A stretch of 64,000 nucleotides of DNA from Botryllus schlosseri (Eukaryota): NCBI GenBank assembly GCA_051294905.1, contig CM119381.1, positions 992,001-1,056,000 of the forward strand. The letters run 5' to 3'. Made by a program: the position numbers and the translations under genes. Below the pieces are notes generated by a model. That model ran no database searches. It was not told the DNA's origin and saw nothing but the letters and a program-made list of their open reading frames with translations. Of this stretch, positions 31,801-44,367 are shown piece by piece; the first letter of the stretch is position 1; each line of letters begins with the position of its first letter.

Positions 31801-34800
31801 ACTTGAGTAGATTTGAAGCTGGCCAAATCACTGTTACTAGAAGTAGTTTAAGATTGCTTTTAAAGGCACTACTTCTTGACTACTTTGACAACTTCTGGTA
31901 ACAATATTGAGGGAGCCGTCTTCATTTTCAGAGTTGATATCACCGCGAAGACAAGTCATATCAAAACAGATTCCGGCATTTCCAAAGAGCCGATCAAAGA
32001 AGAAATCTTGCCCCTTCCTGAAGCAGTTCCATCTAAGCATATGACAAGCAAGGAGAATATTTCTGCTCCAAAGGTAATATATGATCAGTAGCCTATTGCA
32101 TCTTTAACAGTATTCTCGAGTGTGCAGAACTTCTGAAAGTATCTTACTATATTATTATGATTATGATTTGTTAGTCTTCTTACAGAGATTTGGTTTGTGT
32201 GCGCATTCCACAATGCATAGTAAAGTGTTTTCTACTGTATTAGGTTGAAAATTGGTTGTACTCTGCAGGAATATACGGCATTAGTATATTGTTTTGTATT
32301 ACAGTAATTTTCCATGTATAATCCGCAAAATTTTCACGATTTTGTGCCCTAAAATCGGGGATTGCGTGTCATACATGGGAACAACACGCTTGAAAAAATC
32401 TCCCTCAATAAAAAACTTGAAATCACACCTTTCTTCATGTTTGTTTCCAATCGCGCATCACTTTCAGCCATCGTGCCCAGTAATTCATAATATCAGTGTA
32501 ACGCGCTACCAATTAGCAAAAAGCGTGTTGCCAATTAACGTGAGTCGTCTGCACAGCACGCGATCTCCTGCTGAGTTGGTTTGCCGTTTGCACGCGAGCG
32601 AAATTAGGTCATTCATTGATTACTAGGGCAAATTTTTGTTGCAGTTAAATCTGTGGAAAGTTGCATTTATTCATTTATTTTCGAAAAAAGTTGCAGAAGT
32701 TGCATTTTGACCACAATTTGGTCGATTGACTAAAAGAAAAAGGTCAATTTTCCGGCTCAGCTCCCGAAATACCCGTAAAAGCGTTACTTCGGTGCTGATT
32801 TACGGTGTTTCAGTCGAATTTGGCCGTGTATTTCACCAAAATCGAAAATACTTTCATGAAAAATCGAAAAAGTTGCATGAAAAATATGGACAGAAGTTTC
32901 AAAAAGTTGCACTATAAGATTCCTTCAAACAGCTTAAAACAGCATTCTACATATCTTATGAGTATTTAGGAAGCTGCCGGAAGCTGTAAAAAAAAAGTTG
33001 CAAAAGTTTCAAAAACTTGCCCTATTGATTACTGACCGCGCGCACGGCAATCCTCGCTAATTCATCGACAGGCCATGTGCGCAAGACGTCGTGTCGCTGG
33101 CCCGAACTATCGCGTCGCTAGCCTCGCAGGCTTTGGCTGCTCTCTACTATCGTTTAGAGACAATGCCATTAATTGCATAATGATTAGCGATGTTTATGTC
33201 ATGATTGTTCGACAGTGACATCGCAAACAGAACACCATCGTGTACTAAAACTATAATGAGAGATTCCTAAATACTCTACTTAAAATCAAATCAGTCAGGT
33301 TCTCCGTTTTGCCCAGCCGTCGTAGTGACCAGCTCTGTTATTTAGATGAAAAAGGACATCAAGTATCCGCCGAAAATGAAGATCAAGGAAGAGTACAGCT
33401 CCAGCGGACATATCGACGACCTGGAACAACTGAGAGATATCGACATCTCGACGTTGCTTTCGCAGAAGGAGAAGCACGGATCGAAAAGCGAGAAGAAAGG
33501 CCGGCAATGTTACGGCCCAGGCTGTACGGCTGCGGCTCGCTCAAACTCAAAGTAAGAGGATGTCTCATTCGATCTGCTGACCTGAATCCGGACATCGGTT
33601 TTCATCAAAGTTCTCGTTCAGCATTTTAGGCAAAATTTGATCGGAATTAGGTCACCTGCATTTCGCTCTAATTAGTGTAATTAGTAGGGCGATTTTTTTT
33701 GACATGTCAAAAAAAGTCAAAATTTTGTCAAAATTGTAGCGTTAGGTAAAAAAATTGTTAAAATTGTTTACAAAGTTAAAATTTTTTTGCAACCTGCATT
33801 TCGTTTGTGTCGTAGATTTTGCACTTTCGGTGAACTTATCATTTGACATTTTACAGCTTATAGCCTTCTTTATAGGCCTACCGTTGTAGACGTCCCATTG
33901 TCTGCTGATTTTAAATCATAAACATTCAAATGAAACAAATAGGTTGACATGGTGTTATGCTCAACGTACCGCAATATCATAACTGGAGCAAGAGTGCGTG
34001 GGCAATGGGCATTGCATGGCTCTTATATCATAAATCACACGATGAAAAATTGTGACGTAGACTAGACAACATTGTCAGAATGAAGCAACACGGTTTGTCA
34101 CCAGCAATGTACAAACAACTTGAGTGTTGTCAGCCAACAACTGCTGCTGTTAAATGTTCTTTCCCCATTCGTGGCAAGCTACTTAGTAAGGACAGACACT
34201 TTCTACCCGAGAATGTAGGAAAGTAACTTTCGTTGTACTACAATATATTTTTAATTTTTTCTACCATAATGCGTAATGTAACTGCTTGAATTTATCATAG
34301 GGCCAGATTTCGTTAAAATGAAGTTTTTTCATGTAAAAATTCGTCAGTTTTTGAGGCAAAGAATTTTTTACAGGCCAAACCACTTCGTAAGGACAGACAG
34401 TTCCAACCAGAAATGAAGATAAAGTAGTACAATTCTAACATGACGTGGGAAAACACCTAATTTGCATACGTTAGGTCAACATTTGGTCAAATTGAGTTTT
34501 TTAAGATCAAAAAATGTCAAAATTTTGATATTTTAGGTCAAAATCTTCCGTTTTATAGGTAAAAAATATCGTCCTACTAATTAGACAACTAGAAGAATTA
34601 TATAGTTGCCTGTGTCTTGTGCTTTTTTGCGGAGTACTCAAGAACGTTTTCTTTCCATATTCTCTTTACTTAAGTAGTTATGTTAGTTTATTACTTGTAT
34701 ACATAGCACTTGACGTTGCCCTTGGTGATGCAGAACTTCTTATCAATTCTCTACTTGTTGCTGACGATTATCCCTGGCGAGTGTTAGTTGAAAGATATTA

Positions 34801-37567
34801 GTTGATTGAATTTTTAGCGTTATAAAAAGCATTATTCTCTCCCGTCAGATATTGCTCTGACGCATGCGGGGAAAAGCTGGCTGCCAGGAGATTGCATCTG
34901 ATCATGCCGTCGCGGGCTCATCAGTGGCACAGCACGCCGACCGTGGCCAACGAAATCGGCCGGGCAGAATTGGAGAGAATCAGGGCGTCCATGATACAAG
35001 CCCGCAGCGAATTGCAGCTCTTAGGTAATCTGTCACTTGCCAAACCCATCCAACGCAACATTAATCAAGACCGCTATGCCTGATGCCTGTCTTCCATCTT
35101 TCAGAAAGCAAGTTTCGCAGACTGGAAGGCATCATCGAACGTTCGAAAAAATTCCCGATATGCGAAGGCGCGTCTGACGCGGAAGACGGCGACGAAGGGG
35201 ACCAGAGTATTTTCTGCGTGGTGTGCGGACATCCGGTTTCGCTCAAAAACGCGATCAAGCACATGGACAAGTTTGTACATTCAGACTGGCTTGTGTGATT
35301 AGTTGTATGACTTGGCATGATGCATGGCCAGAGGTGGCCAGAAACAAGTTACTTCAACTGTTTTTGGAGTGCTTAAACATGCGACACTTGAACATGTGAC
35401 TTTATAACCATAGATCTAACCCTAACCCAACCCTGGAATTAGCCCTTACCTAAACCAAAACTATTAACCTAACCTAAGACTAATCTTATTTTAAAACCAC
35501 ATGCTCAGTCGTCGCACGATATCATGCTCATCAATTTTGAAGCTACGTGACTACGTTTCATCCCCATCATTTTCAACTTGCACTTAAAATGGTTTTGACA
35601 GGGTTTTAATGACTCGAGTCATGATTTTCTGATGACTCGACTTGATTCGAATCATTTTCTCAAAATACAAAACTGACTCGACTTGGACTCGAGTCAGTGC
35701 TCATGACTCAAACCAAGTCATATGACTCGAGACTCAGACGGTCAAGACCGGCATTTCATTGTAATTTGGAAGAATAGTAAAGTAACCACACTATTGGGAT
35801 TTCGTCTATTGGTACTTGTACATGAAAATGCAACCAGAAACTGCTAAAAGTGAAGAAAATTAGTACATTATAAATGCGAACTATTCAATATCACCGAACT
35901 GAGTTACAGAAAGTGGGTTTACAAAGACTTCAACTGGAAACTGAGCAGTCAACACAATGACCTGGACTCGGACTCGAGTCTTAATACCGTGACTCCGACT
36001 CGATCCTCTACTAGCTGACTCGGACTTGACTCGGTGGTGAAGCGAAAATGACTCGACTTGACTCGACTCAAAACTGTAATAGTGAGATTGACTTGTGACT
36101 CGGAGCCTTGTGACTTAGTTGCAACCCTGGGTTTTGATATATATCCGAGTGGAGATGCTTAATCTGCTGCTTCTACTTCTACAGAGCAGCTAAATTGAGT
36201 AGTTTGAGCAGCTGTGTGTATATCGCAGGTGTTACATCAAGATCGAATCTCAAATCTCGTTTGGATCTGTATATCCGACGCGCATCGAAGGGTCCGAGCG
36301 GCTGTTTTGTGACGTCTACAACCGACAACAGCAAACCTATTGTAAAAGATTGCAGGTGGGTTTGATGCAAGATATTTGCTCGCTTGTCGTGTGATCGAGC
36401 ATCGACAACTCGGAGATTAATTTCACATTTTGCTTCAAATCACACTCGTTGAATTGTGTGTACTAATGTCACAATGTATGTATAATGTATGCTGGTTGTA
36501 GTTTTGAAATTGAGTGTCCTGGAGCACCAACTAGATAATCATAGCCGTTAACCCAGGGTTGTAAAGACTCGACTCGAGTCACGATTTTCTGATGACTTGA
36601 CTTGGCTCGTGTCATTTTCTCAAAATACGGAAATGACTCGACCTGGACTCAGGTCATCTCGGACCAAGTCGTATGACTCGGGACTCAGATGGCCAAGACT
36701 AACATTTCATTGTAATTTCGAAGAATAGTTAAGTTACCACGATATTGGTATTCTGCTAGTGCTGGTACTTGAAATGCGACCAGAAACTGCCAAAATGAGG
36801 AAGATGAGTACATATAACTGCGAACCACTCGACATCACCAAACAGAGTTATAAGACATGGGTTTAACAAGACTTTAACTGGAAACTGAGCAGTCAACACA
36901 ATGACTTGGACTCGGGTCATAATACCATGGCTCGCACTCGACCCTCTGCTCGCTGACTTGTACTCGAGTCAAAACTATAAGTGAGATTGATTTGTGACTT
37001 GGTTACAACCATGCGTTAGCCTAATTTGCAAAATGTTTCCATGCTGAAACTTGGGTTATAATCTAATTTCTGATTTTCCTGAAAATGTTATAGGAAAATT
37101 GTATAGTGCGTTTTTTTTGTAATTTGGAAAACCTGAAAACATTTTAGTTATCCTCTATATTTTATAGTAACCGACTTCTCTGACACCAGGTAATATGCCC
37201 GGAACACGCGAGAGAGCCAAAAATCGGCGCCAACGAAGTGTGCGGGTGCCCGTTAAGCGACGACATCTACGAAGGAGAAGAGGCGACATCCGCACGCCAG
37301 TTCTGCAGCCGCTCCAAAAGAAAATGCAGCAAACACTTCAAGTGGGAGTCCATGTACCGCGCCTCGGTGGACCTGCAGCGGATCAGGCAGTGGCTGAAAA
37401 TCGACGAGATCTTCGAGGAGGAAAGGCGGATCAGAAGCGCGATGGCGGCCCGGGCCGGGGTCATACCGCTGCTGTTGCATCAGACTTCGGCGCACGATCC
37501 GCAGTGTCTGGACATGCGGACCAAGGAGACGAACCCGAAAAAGCCCGCCTACAGGCTGGTCATCTGA
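28883..37567 (+). CDS. CXXC1: Cfp1/CXXC1 orthologue (COMPASS PHD-finger subunit), about 552 aa. Exons: 28883-28986, 30039-30352, 31134-31179, 31932-32073, 33346-33551, 34849-35024, 35105-35270, 36229-36355, 37190-37567
   Basis: PHD finger LYCICRSPDIDRFMIMCDRCEEWYHGDCINI..FYCKSCR. C-terminal region QCYGPGC..SKYCSDACG..IFCVVCGHPV..ESQISFGSVYPTRIEG..LFCDVYN..TYCKRLQVICPEH..EVCGCPL..IDEIFEEERRIRSAMAARAG..LLHQT. All phases are consistent (1659 nt). No CXXC domain was found. Confidence 0.93.
32624..33024. mobile_element. hAT-type MITE with AAAGTTGCA arrays; relative at about 56966-57530
   Basis: TIR TAGGGCAAATTTTT / AAAAACTTGCCCTA; perfect TSD TTGATTAC. Confidence 0.9.
33685..34576 (+). mobile_element. 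hAT deletion derivative (TIR TAGGGCGAT) with a decayed hATC remnant; second copy at 48567-49425
   Basis: TSD GTAATTAG/CTAATTAG; interior collinear, in inverse orientation, with 48567-49425. Confidence 0.85.
35599..36129. mobile_element. GACTCGAGTC-family hAT MITE
   Basis: TIR CAGGGTT / AACCCTG; perfect TSD GGTTTTGA. Confidence 0.92.
36554..37013. mobile_element. GACTCGAGTC-family hAT MITE
   Basis: Ends CAGGGTTGTAA / TTACAACCATG; TSD CGTTAACC/CGTTAGCC; collinear with 35599-36129. Confidence 0.88.
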
Positions 37568-38035
37568 TTATTTCCGACCGGAGTCGGTGAAAATAGCAAA
37601 TGTTTGTATTCGGGTAGAAATTCCTCCATGGTTTCAACTTGAGGTGAAGCACCATCATTAAAATTGTTCCAAAAATTATTTGGTTGGCTAAAAGAACGAT
37701 GCGCATCAAATTTGGCTCAATTCTGATCTGTAAGAGTTTGAAAAGTTGATATTTACAAAGTAAACGCAAAGTTTTTTTTTCAAATTTTACTGTCAACCCC
37801 GTGAAATTGTTCAGTTGCTGAAAAAACGGTGCAAAACGAATTCGGTTCAACTCAACCAGTAGAAGCAAAGTTTCAGAGTACTCAGTGTTACATTGGAAAT
37901 GAAGTAGTATATACAATACGGTGGGAATTCACGTGTCGAGGCTAGAAGTAGGAAATGAACGACATGAAAAAAGTATTCTAGTTGTTTTAGAGTAGGTTTG
38001 ATTGTGAGGTAGTGAATGGTTTTGTACCCAAGTGT

Positions 38036-38110
38036 ACTCCGAGTCCGATGTATCTTTGCGACTCCGAGTCCGATGTATCTTTGCGACTCCGAGTCCGATG
38101 TATCTTTGCG
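38036..38110. repeat. Three exact tandem copies of a 25-bp unit, between CXXC1 and MEMO1
   Basis: (ACTCCGAGTCCGATGTATCTTTGCG) x3 with no spacers. Confidence 0.95.
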
Positions 38111-38405
38111 ATTAATGCAATAATGATGCTACCATAAGAGGCAATTTTGAAAAAAAAAAAGTTGCGAGATTCTCTGGCCTGTTGTCGTGACGCACACACT
38201 CGCGTAACAGCGATGCGGACACAACCTACAAAATTACGAGATCAGGCGTGTAACATAACCACTCAAGCAATAAGTTCTGCTTTGCAAAATCAGAGAAGCA
38301 GTCTGAAAAAGCACAAGAAAGGCTGTTTTGAAGGAATACTTTTATTGCAATGGTACGAAAATCAGACATCAGACTTGTCACAGTTGAATATGGAGTGCAA
38401 AAGAG

Positions 38406-41400
38406 TCATACGGCTTCCAGAGCCCCGGCCGCGTAGCTCACGGAACTGTCGCCAGAACGCGTGCACTGGTTGGACTGGCGGTAGTCCAGGAACTTGAATT
38501 TGAATACGTTCTTCTGCTGCTCCTTGTGAATGCTTTCCACTGCCTGAGATAAAAATCAGTTTATATATACTTGTGTTCGGTCTAAAGTTGTGGACAGGAC
38601 TAGGCGAAGCCATGTACCTGAATGGTTTGATTCCGGATCAAGTATTAATGCTAATGATCCCAGCAGACAGTGATTACACGAACCTTGCCACTAGGAGTTA
38701 TATATTATTTTCCACAAAATCTCATTTGGTCATATTGCCGCACACGAAACCTGTAGTTCAGAGCTATACGCTCGTTACTGGAAATGGCATATCGGTGAAA
38801 TTGTGACAAATCACACCAATGTCATAAAGCGCAATGAAGCTGGTACAGTCCAAAAATATCATTATCTTCAATGTGATATAGACCCCGGTAATAATATATT
38901 CTTTGAAGTAGCATAAAAGGTACATATTTCAACGTCCACATCATTCATACTGTTCTGGCGCCGTCAGGGTTGTGAGGACTCGACTTGTACGCGAGTCATT
39001 GCGCATGACTCGAGACTGGGTCGACCATGACAGGCAATGTAATTCTGAATAATAGCAGAGTTATCACAGTATTATTATTTCGTTTATCGGTGCTGGTGCT
39101 TCAAAATGCTACCAGAAACTGTTAAAAATGAGTAAAATTAGTATATTATGACTGCGAAGTATTCGATATCACCGAGCAGAGTTGTAAAAAGTGGGTTCCA
39201 CATGACATTAACTCGGAACTGAACAGTCAACACAATGACTCGGACTCGAGTCAAATCTCAAAACGTGAGATTGACTTGTGACTTGGTTATAACCCTGGGC
39301 GCCGTATAACCTAGACATGGGGTGGGCAAACTTTTGAGCTCGCGGGCCGCGTTCAACATCTGAATCCATTCGTTGGCCGCAGTATATAAAATTGGGATTA
39401 TACACCAAAACGCAATATTGGTATTTGATTATATAATGATGACATGGAGATAATAATTATATTTATTTAAAACAAACAAAATATTACTTTGATGATATCG
39501 TACAAGCGTGAAAAACAGTGGCGAGATTTCATAGGCTGGTCGACCTCAGTAACCAATTAGTCAAAACTATAGAGATGAAAGTCGGTTGTCTCGATTCTTA
39601 GAAACGGATTGAAATATAAATTTGTGAGCAGCCATCTGTTCATGGATTTGCCAATTCCACTTTTGGTACAGTTCCAGAACACACAATGCTGACAGCATCA
39701 TAACTATGTTTGCTTCAAACACGCTTCTACTATGTGAAGATAAAATATAAATAGCCTATAATTATACGCATACAGAGAACGAATCTACCTCAGACACGCG
39801 CCAATCGTTTTTATAAGCACACCACTGAAATGATTAAAACTGGAGTGGCCAATCTGAAATCACACTCGTGATCCGAATTATGCCAATCTCGTATAGGATG
39901 ATGTTTAGCAGTTGAAACTGCGTGGACCTTGAGATCGGGCTGTCGCATCAGAAATTGAACATGAAAGAAATAGGTTGTATTTATGTTAGAATTGTATGTA
40001 AATCGCGCTTCTTTCAGTTGAGCTCAGCTTCGTAACTCCTTCAGATGCTTTCACGACCCACAAGAATGGCGCGCCCCTCCGTTTGAAACAATTGTCTTAG
40101 AATTATTATGGTGAAATATACTAAAAAAAGTTTAATCAAGTCCATGCATTAATTCGATATTTAGTACGCATTTCATCAATATTTTTAATAAGTTTCTTTA
40201 CACTCTCGCGGGCCGTACAGTACGGTGTTGAAGGCCGCGTGTGGCCCGCGGGCCGTAGTTTGCCCACCCCTGACCTAGACAGTAATTTTACATTAAGCAA
40301 AACTCCGATCGGGTGTCTTCCACAAATTGTGTTGCGATATTCTTGCAGATAGTGATGGAATTTGGACGGGTCCAACTCTTCAATGTGATTCATTCCCTGT
40401 AGACAAAAACGGTGTTGTGTTAGCGCTCTACAATGTGATTACTCAAGACTGGAAATCGATATACAACCAGATGTCAAACAGATTTCACTTTTCAGCAGGT
40501 GATTGCCATTGAAGCAATGTATTGCAGAGGAAAACTTGACTATTTACAGTGGGAAATTCTATCATTTAGCTGGATAATACTGTAATAACTTCACTTCCAC
40601 GGGTTGTAATTGAGTCAAATTTGTTACACTTTTTTTCTGAAACAACAATTTCATGGGGTAGTTACTAATATTTGAATTCATTTTTGGTTTTAAAAATGAA
40701 TCTTATTTTTTTACCCTTACGATGTAGCTAAGTTTCTGCAGGTTGCAAGGGAGCCAAATTCGATGTGTAATGTTTCCATAGGCAACCCGACGATTTTATC
40801 AGCGAGCAAGCAAAATTTGAAAAAATGCTTTTTTCAAATAACCCTACAGGCCATGATCCTTACCATCCGATCGAGATCTTCGATAGATCTGTATATTTCG
40901 CCCTTGGTCTTGTCATGGTATGTGTACCTGAAGCGTTTACCTGAAACAGAGCATGTTTCTGTTATCACAACTGATACCCACAAGCGATCGTCAACGGCAC
41001 TGACCCCAATGGCAAAAATCGGATGATATTACGAAAAAATTGTCCGGATCTTTCAAATATTTGCTGAATATCCCGCCGTACAATTGTTCTGCGTCCCGAT
41101 TCAGCCCGCCGACCAGCACTGGTACTATCGTGAATTTGTCTCTGCAACTAAAAAAATTTGCTCATACAAATTCCGTCGCACGGCTACTAATATAACCAGG
41201 GCTGCAAGTACTACTAGTAAGGAAAAATTCACCTTTCCATTGCCTTGGCGACGTAGGGAAGCTGCATTTCAATGCTGTGCTCATCTTCATCAACTTCCTT
41301 TGTCATGGAGGTGAAGTGATTCGTCTCTCTCAATTCTGCATAGACTGAAAATATTTCATTTTAGACGATTTTCAGGCTACGTGTCTTTTCCACATGTGGT

Positions 41401-44367
41401 CAAAGTAGCCATTGTAGGTTAGTCTCGTTCAAAAATGACTTATTTTTTCATTTTTGCGGCTATTAACTAAAATTGTTAGGTTGGCTAAAAAACGTTGCGC
41501 ACCAAATTTGACTCAATTACGATTAGAAGTGAAGCTAGTAGAGTTGAAAAAAATTCGGATTCTATTGAAAAAAATGAAATAATATTTTTCAAACTTCACC
41601 GGCTAACCTATGGAACAAAAACGCTGCATAACAAATTTGAATCAATTTCATCCTGTCGAACAGAAGTTATTAGAGTTTTTCATCCACAATTCTTGGTTTA
41701 CCCACAGTAAATACTATTTTTTCAAATCCAAGATTTCAACTCCAATAATTTCACTTCTACCACTTGGAATTGAGCGACATTTGCTGTTCATTATTTTGTT
41801 AGATAACTTGACAATTTCATGAGGCAGCCAGTAAAATATGAATTTTGTAGGTACCAGTTTGAGTATTCCTACTTCACTTGCTTGTAAATTGAGTAAAAAT
41901 TCACGTTACTTCTACTTAACGATGGCTACTTTAACACCTCTGTCTCTACCCGGAACCTAATTTCCACTCGGCAGTAAACTGGCTTAGAAGTCTGATGCCG
42001 TGCTATACAGTATACAAGTTGTCAGGCAACAAATGTCATTCGAGCGTCGAGGAAGCAGTGCTAGCAGACTTGAGCAACTCACTGCTCTGGTCAATTGTCA
42101 TGGAGTAGAGCGGGGTTTCGTATTTCTCGACCGAAGACAAAGCGCACCCAGGGAGGTAGACATGATGCGATGGCCCAAGAATGAAGACTCGTTTTCTGTA
42201 AAACATCATTTTCTATGTAAAGTCGGCTGAACTTAGGTTCTGCACACTTTTGGCCAAATTGAGCGGAGAAATGGCGTTGTCTGAGTCCAATTGTTCATTT
42301 AATGGTCATGCGTAAAGGCAGATAATGCATTAACAATACTCTACTGTTGTATAGGCCTAACAAATGAATCGCAGATGCGCTATACTGCAATAATTGGCAG
42401 TATCTCAGTACTTGAGTCAATTTGAGTATCGATTCAACTTGTATTCGATGCGCATGACTCGACACATTCTATTTGACTTATTCAAGTCACTTATATTAGG
42501 ACCGATAATTGAAAAATAGCCGAAGAAAATGTTTAAAAAGTAAAAAAAATGTATATTATGAATCAAAGAATTTCGCTATCAACTACGAGTAACACCAGTG
42601 AGTTAAATCTGACTTGAACTCCATACTGAACAGTAAACACCATGACTCGGACTCGAACCGTTTCTCCCAGACTCGATCTAAATTCGGGGGTTGAATTGAA
42701 ATGACTTGTCTTGACTCGAGTCAAAACTATAAAAGTGAAATTGACTTGTGACTTGGTTACAATAGTGCAGTAAGTCTTCAATTACAGTACTAAGCCATGT
42801 GGGAAAGGCTGAAAATGTATTTTCGCTTGATGAAAGTGCACCACAAAACAGCTGGAATTCAGAGCAAAAAGCTTTTATTCTAGCAGAAAATCATTCGTTG
42901 AAAAGCTAACAACGCTAACTGATCGCTGAAATCCACAAAACACATCGCTACGATGGGCCCATATGTTTGCACTACGTCCGTGGCTGAATGAGGGCGAAAA
43001 CCTAACTCTGAATAACTGACAATGCTTCTCTTTAACGTTTCTCTACCATTCTCTTCTACAAGAGGGACACAATTGCATTATAGATAACTAACCTACGGAT
43101 AGATGCGCAACACGTGATTAACGGTTGAGTACACAGATGCAGCTCACGATAGCTAGTCACTTCGTACACAGATATTGTATGCCTGCGGCCAGACAGGGAC
43201 AGCATGCCTATGTCCGGAGTAGATTCAGAGTGTATTGCTACTGGGACACCGTGTCTACGGTATGTTCGCACTTCACTTTGGACATCATGATATCTGCCCT
43301 TACAGGCAGAATATACCCCCCCGACATGGTGTTTGGTATCGGCTCAAAATCCGATATCGTTCAGGCTCTATTGGCAATAACCTCATTATGTAAAGGCATT
43401 ACAGAAATAGAGATGTCTTACATTTTTTCTGCATCTATTTGCTTGTAAGCATAGGCAGCAGATGCTCCGCAGTACGAGTATCCGGCATGGGGCGATATAA
43501 CTGCACGAGCCGGGATCGATTTCTTGACTGCATGCAGCCAGTTACTGAGCTGATCGTTCAATTCGGAACCTGAAAAATTGAGCAAATATTTACCTTATGT
43601 TAATTCGATATGCCGCATTTGGTCAATTCACTTTCATCTTTTAATCCTATACAGGAGAAGCACCAGGGTTGCAATGACTCGAGTCGTGATCTTTTGGTGA
43701 TTCGAGTCATTTTTTCAGATACAAAAATTGACTCGATTTGACTTGAGTCATTGCGCATGACTTGACAAGTTACATGACTTGAAACTCAGGCGGCCGAGAG
43801 AGGCATTTGATTGTAATTTTGAAGAATAATAAAGTTAACGCATTATTTGTATTCCGTTTAGCAAAAATAAGGGACTAAAATAAGGGATAAAAATAGTGAA
43901 AAAACTAATATTATGAAAGTTAGGCATCCAATATCACCCAAGCAGTGCTGTAAAATGTGGGTTGGACGTGAATTGAACTCAGCACTGAACACAATGACTT
44001 GGACTGGGACTTGATGGTGAATTGAAAATGACTCGAGTCAAAACTATAGGCCTACGCTACAAGTAAATTTGACTTGAACAGCAAGCAATCAAGGGGCAGG
44101 TTACAATATGCTCCAGATTAGACATTCAGGATGGCGGTTACGTTGTACAAGGTTCAAGAATTGTAACTGAGTGATTTGATTTCACCGCGTAGCATTAATC
44201 CAGCGGGTGTGGTGAGGTGAGGTACTGAGGTACTAAACACGATAGCTATACCGTAGGCAATAAGCAAATAAAATCACGGTGGTCAAATAAACATCAATTA
44301 CGTCCGCTCTCAACTTACCCGATCCGACATACCAAGTTCCAGCATGAGAGGCTCGTCTGGTGGACAT
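38406..44367 (-). CDS. MEMO1: MEMO1, about 292 aa. Exons on the minus strand: 44367-44319, 43569-43422, 42195-42083, 41344-41233, 41141-41005, 40940-40864, 40396-40292, 38543-38406
   Basis: [89 protein letters not shown]. All MEMO family motifs are present and phases are consistent (879 nt). AATAAA lies on the minus strand at 38346-38341. Confidence 0.96.
38965..39297. mobile_element. GACTCGAGTC-family hAT MITE
   Basis: Ends CAGGGTTGT / ATAACCCTG; perfect TSD GGCGCCGT. Confidence 0.9.
39317..40272. mobile_element. Buster-like non-autonomous hAT element in the last MEMO1 intron
   Basis: TIR ATGGGGTGGGCAAAC / GTTTGCCCACCCCTG; TSD ACCTAGAC at 39309-39316 and 40273-40280. Confidence 0.88.

Noticed and set aside
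38036-38110. Direct repeats that might suggest a CRISPR array
   Set aside because: There are no spacers, no cas genes, and the context is eukaryotic.
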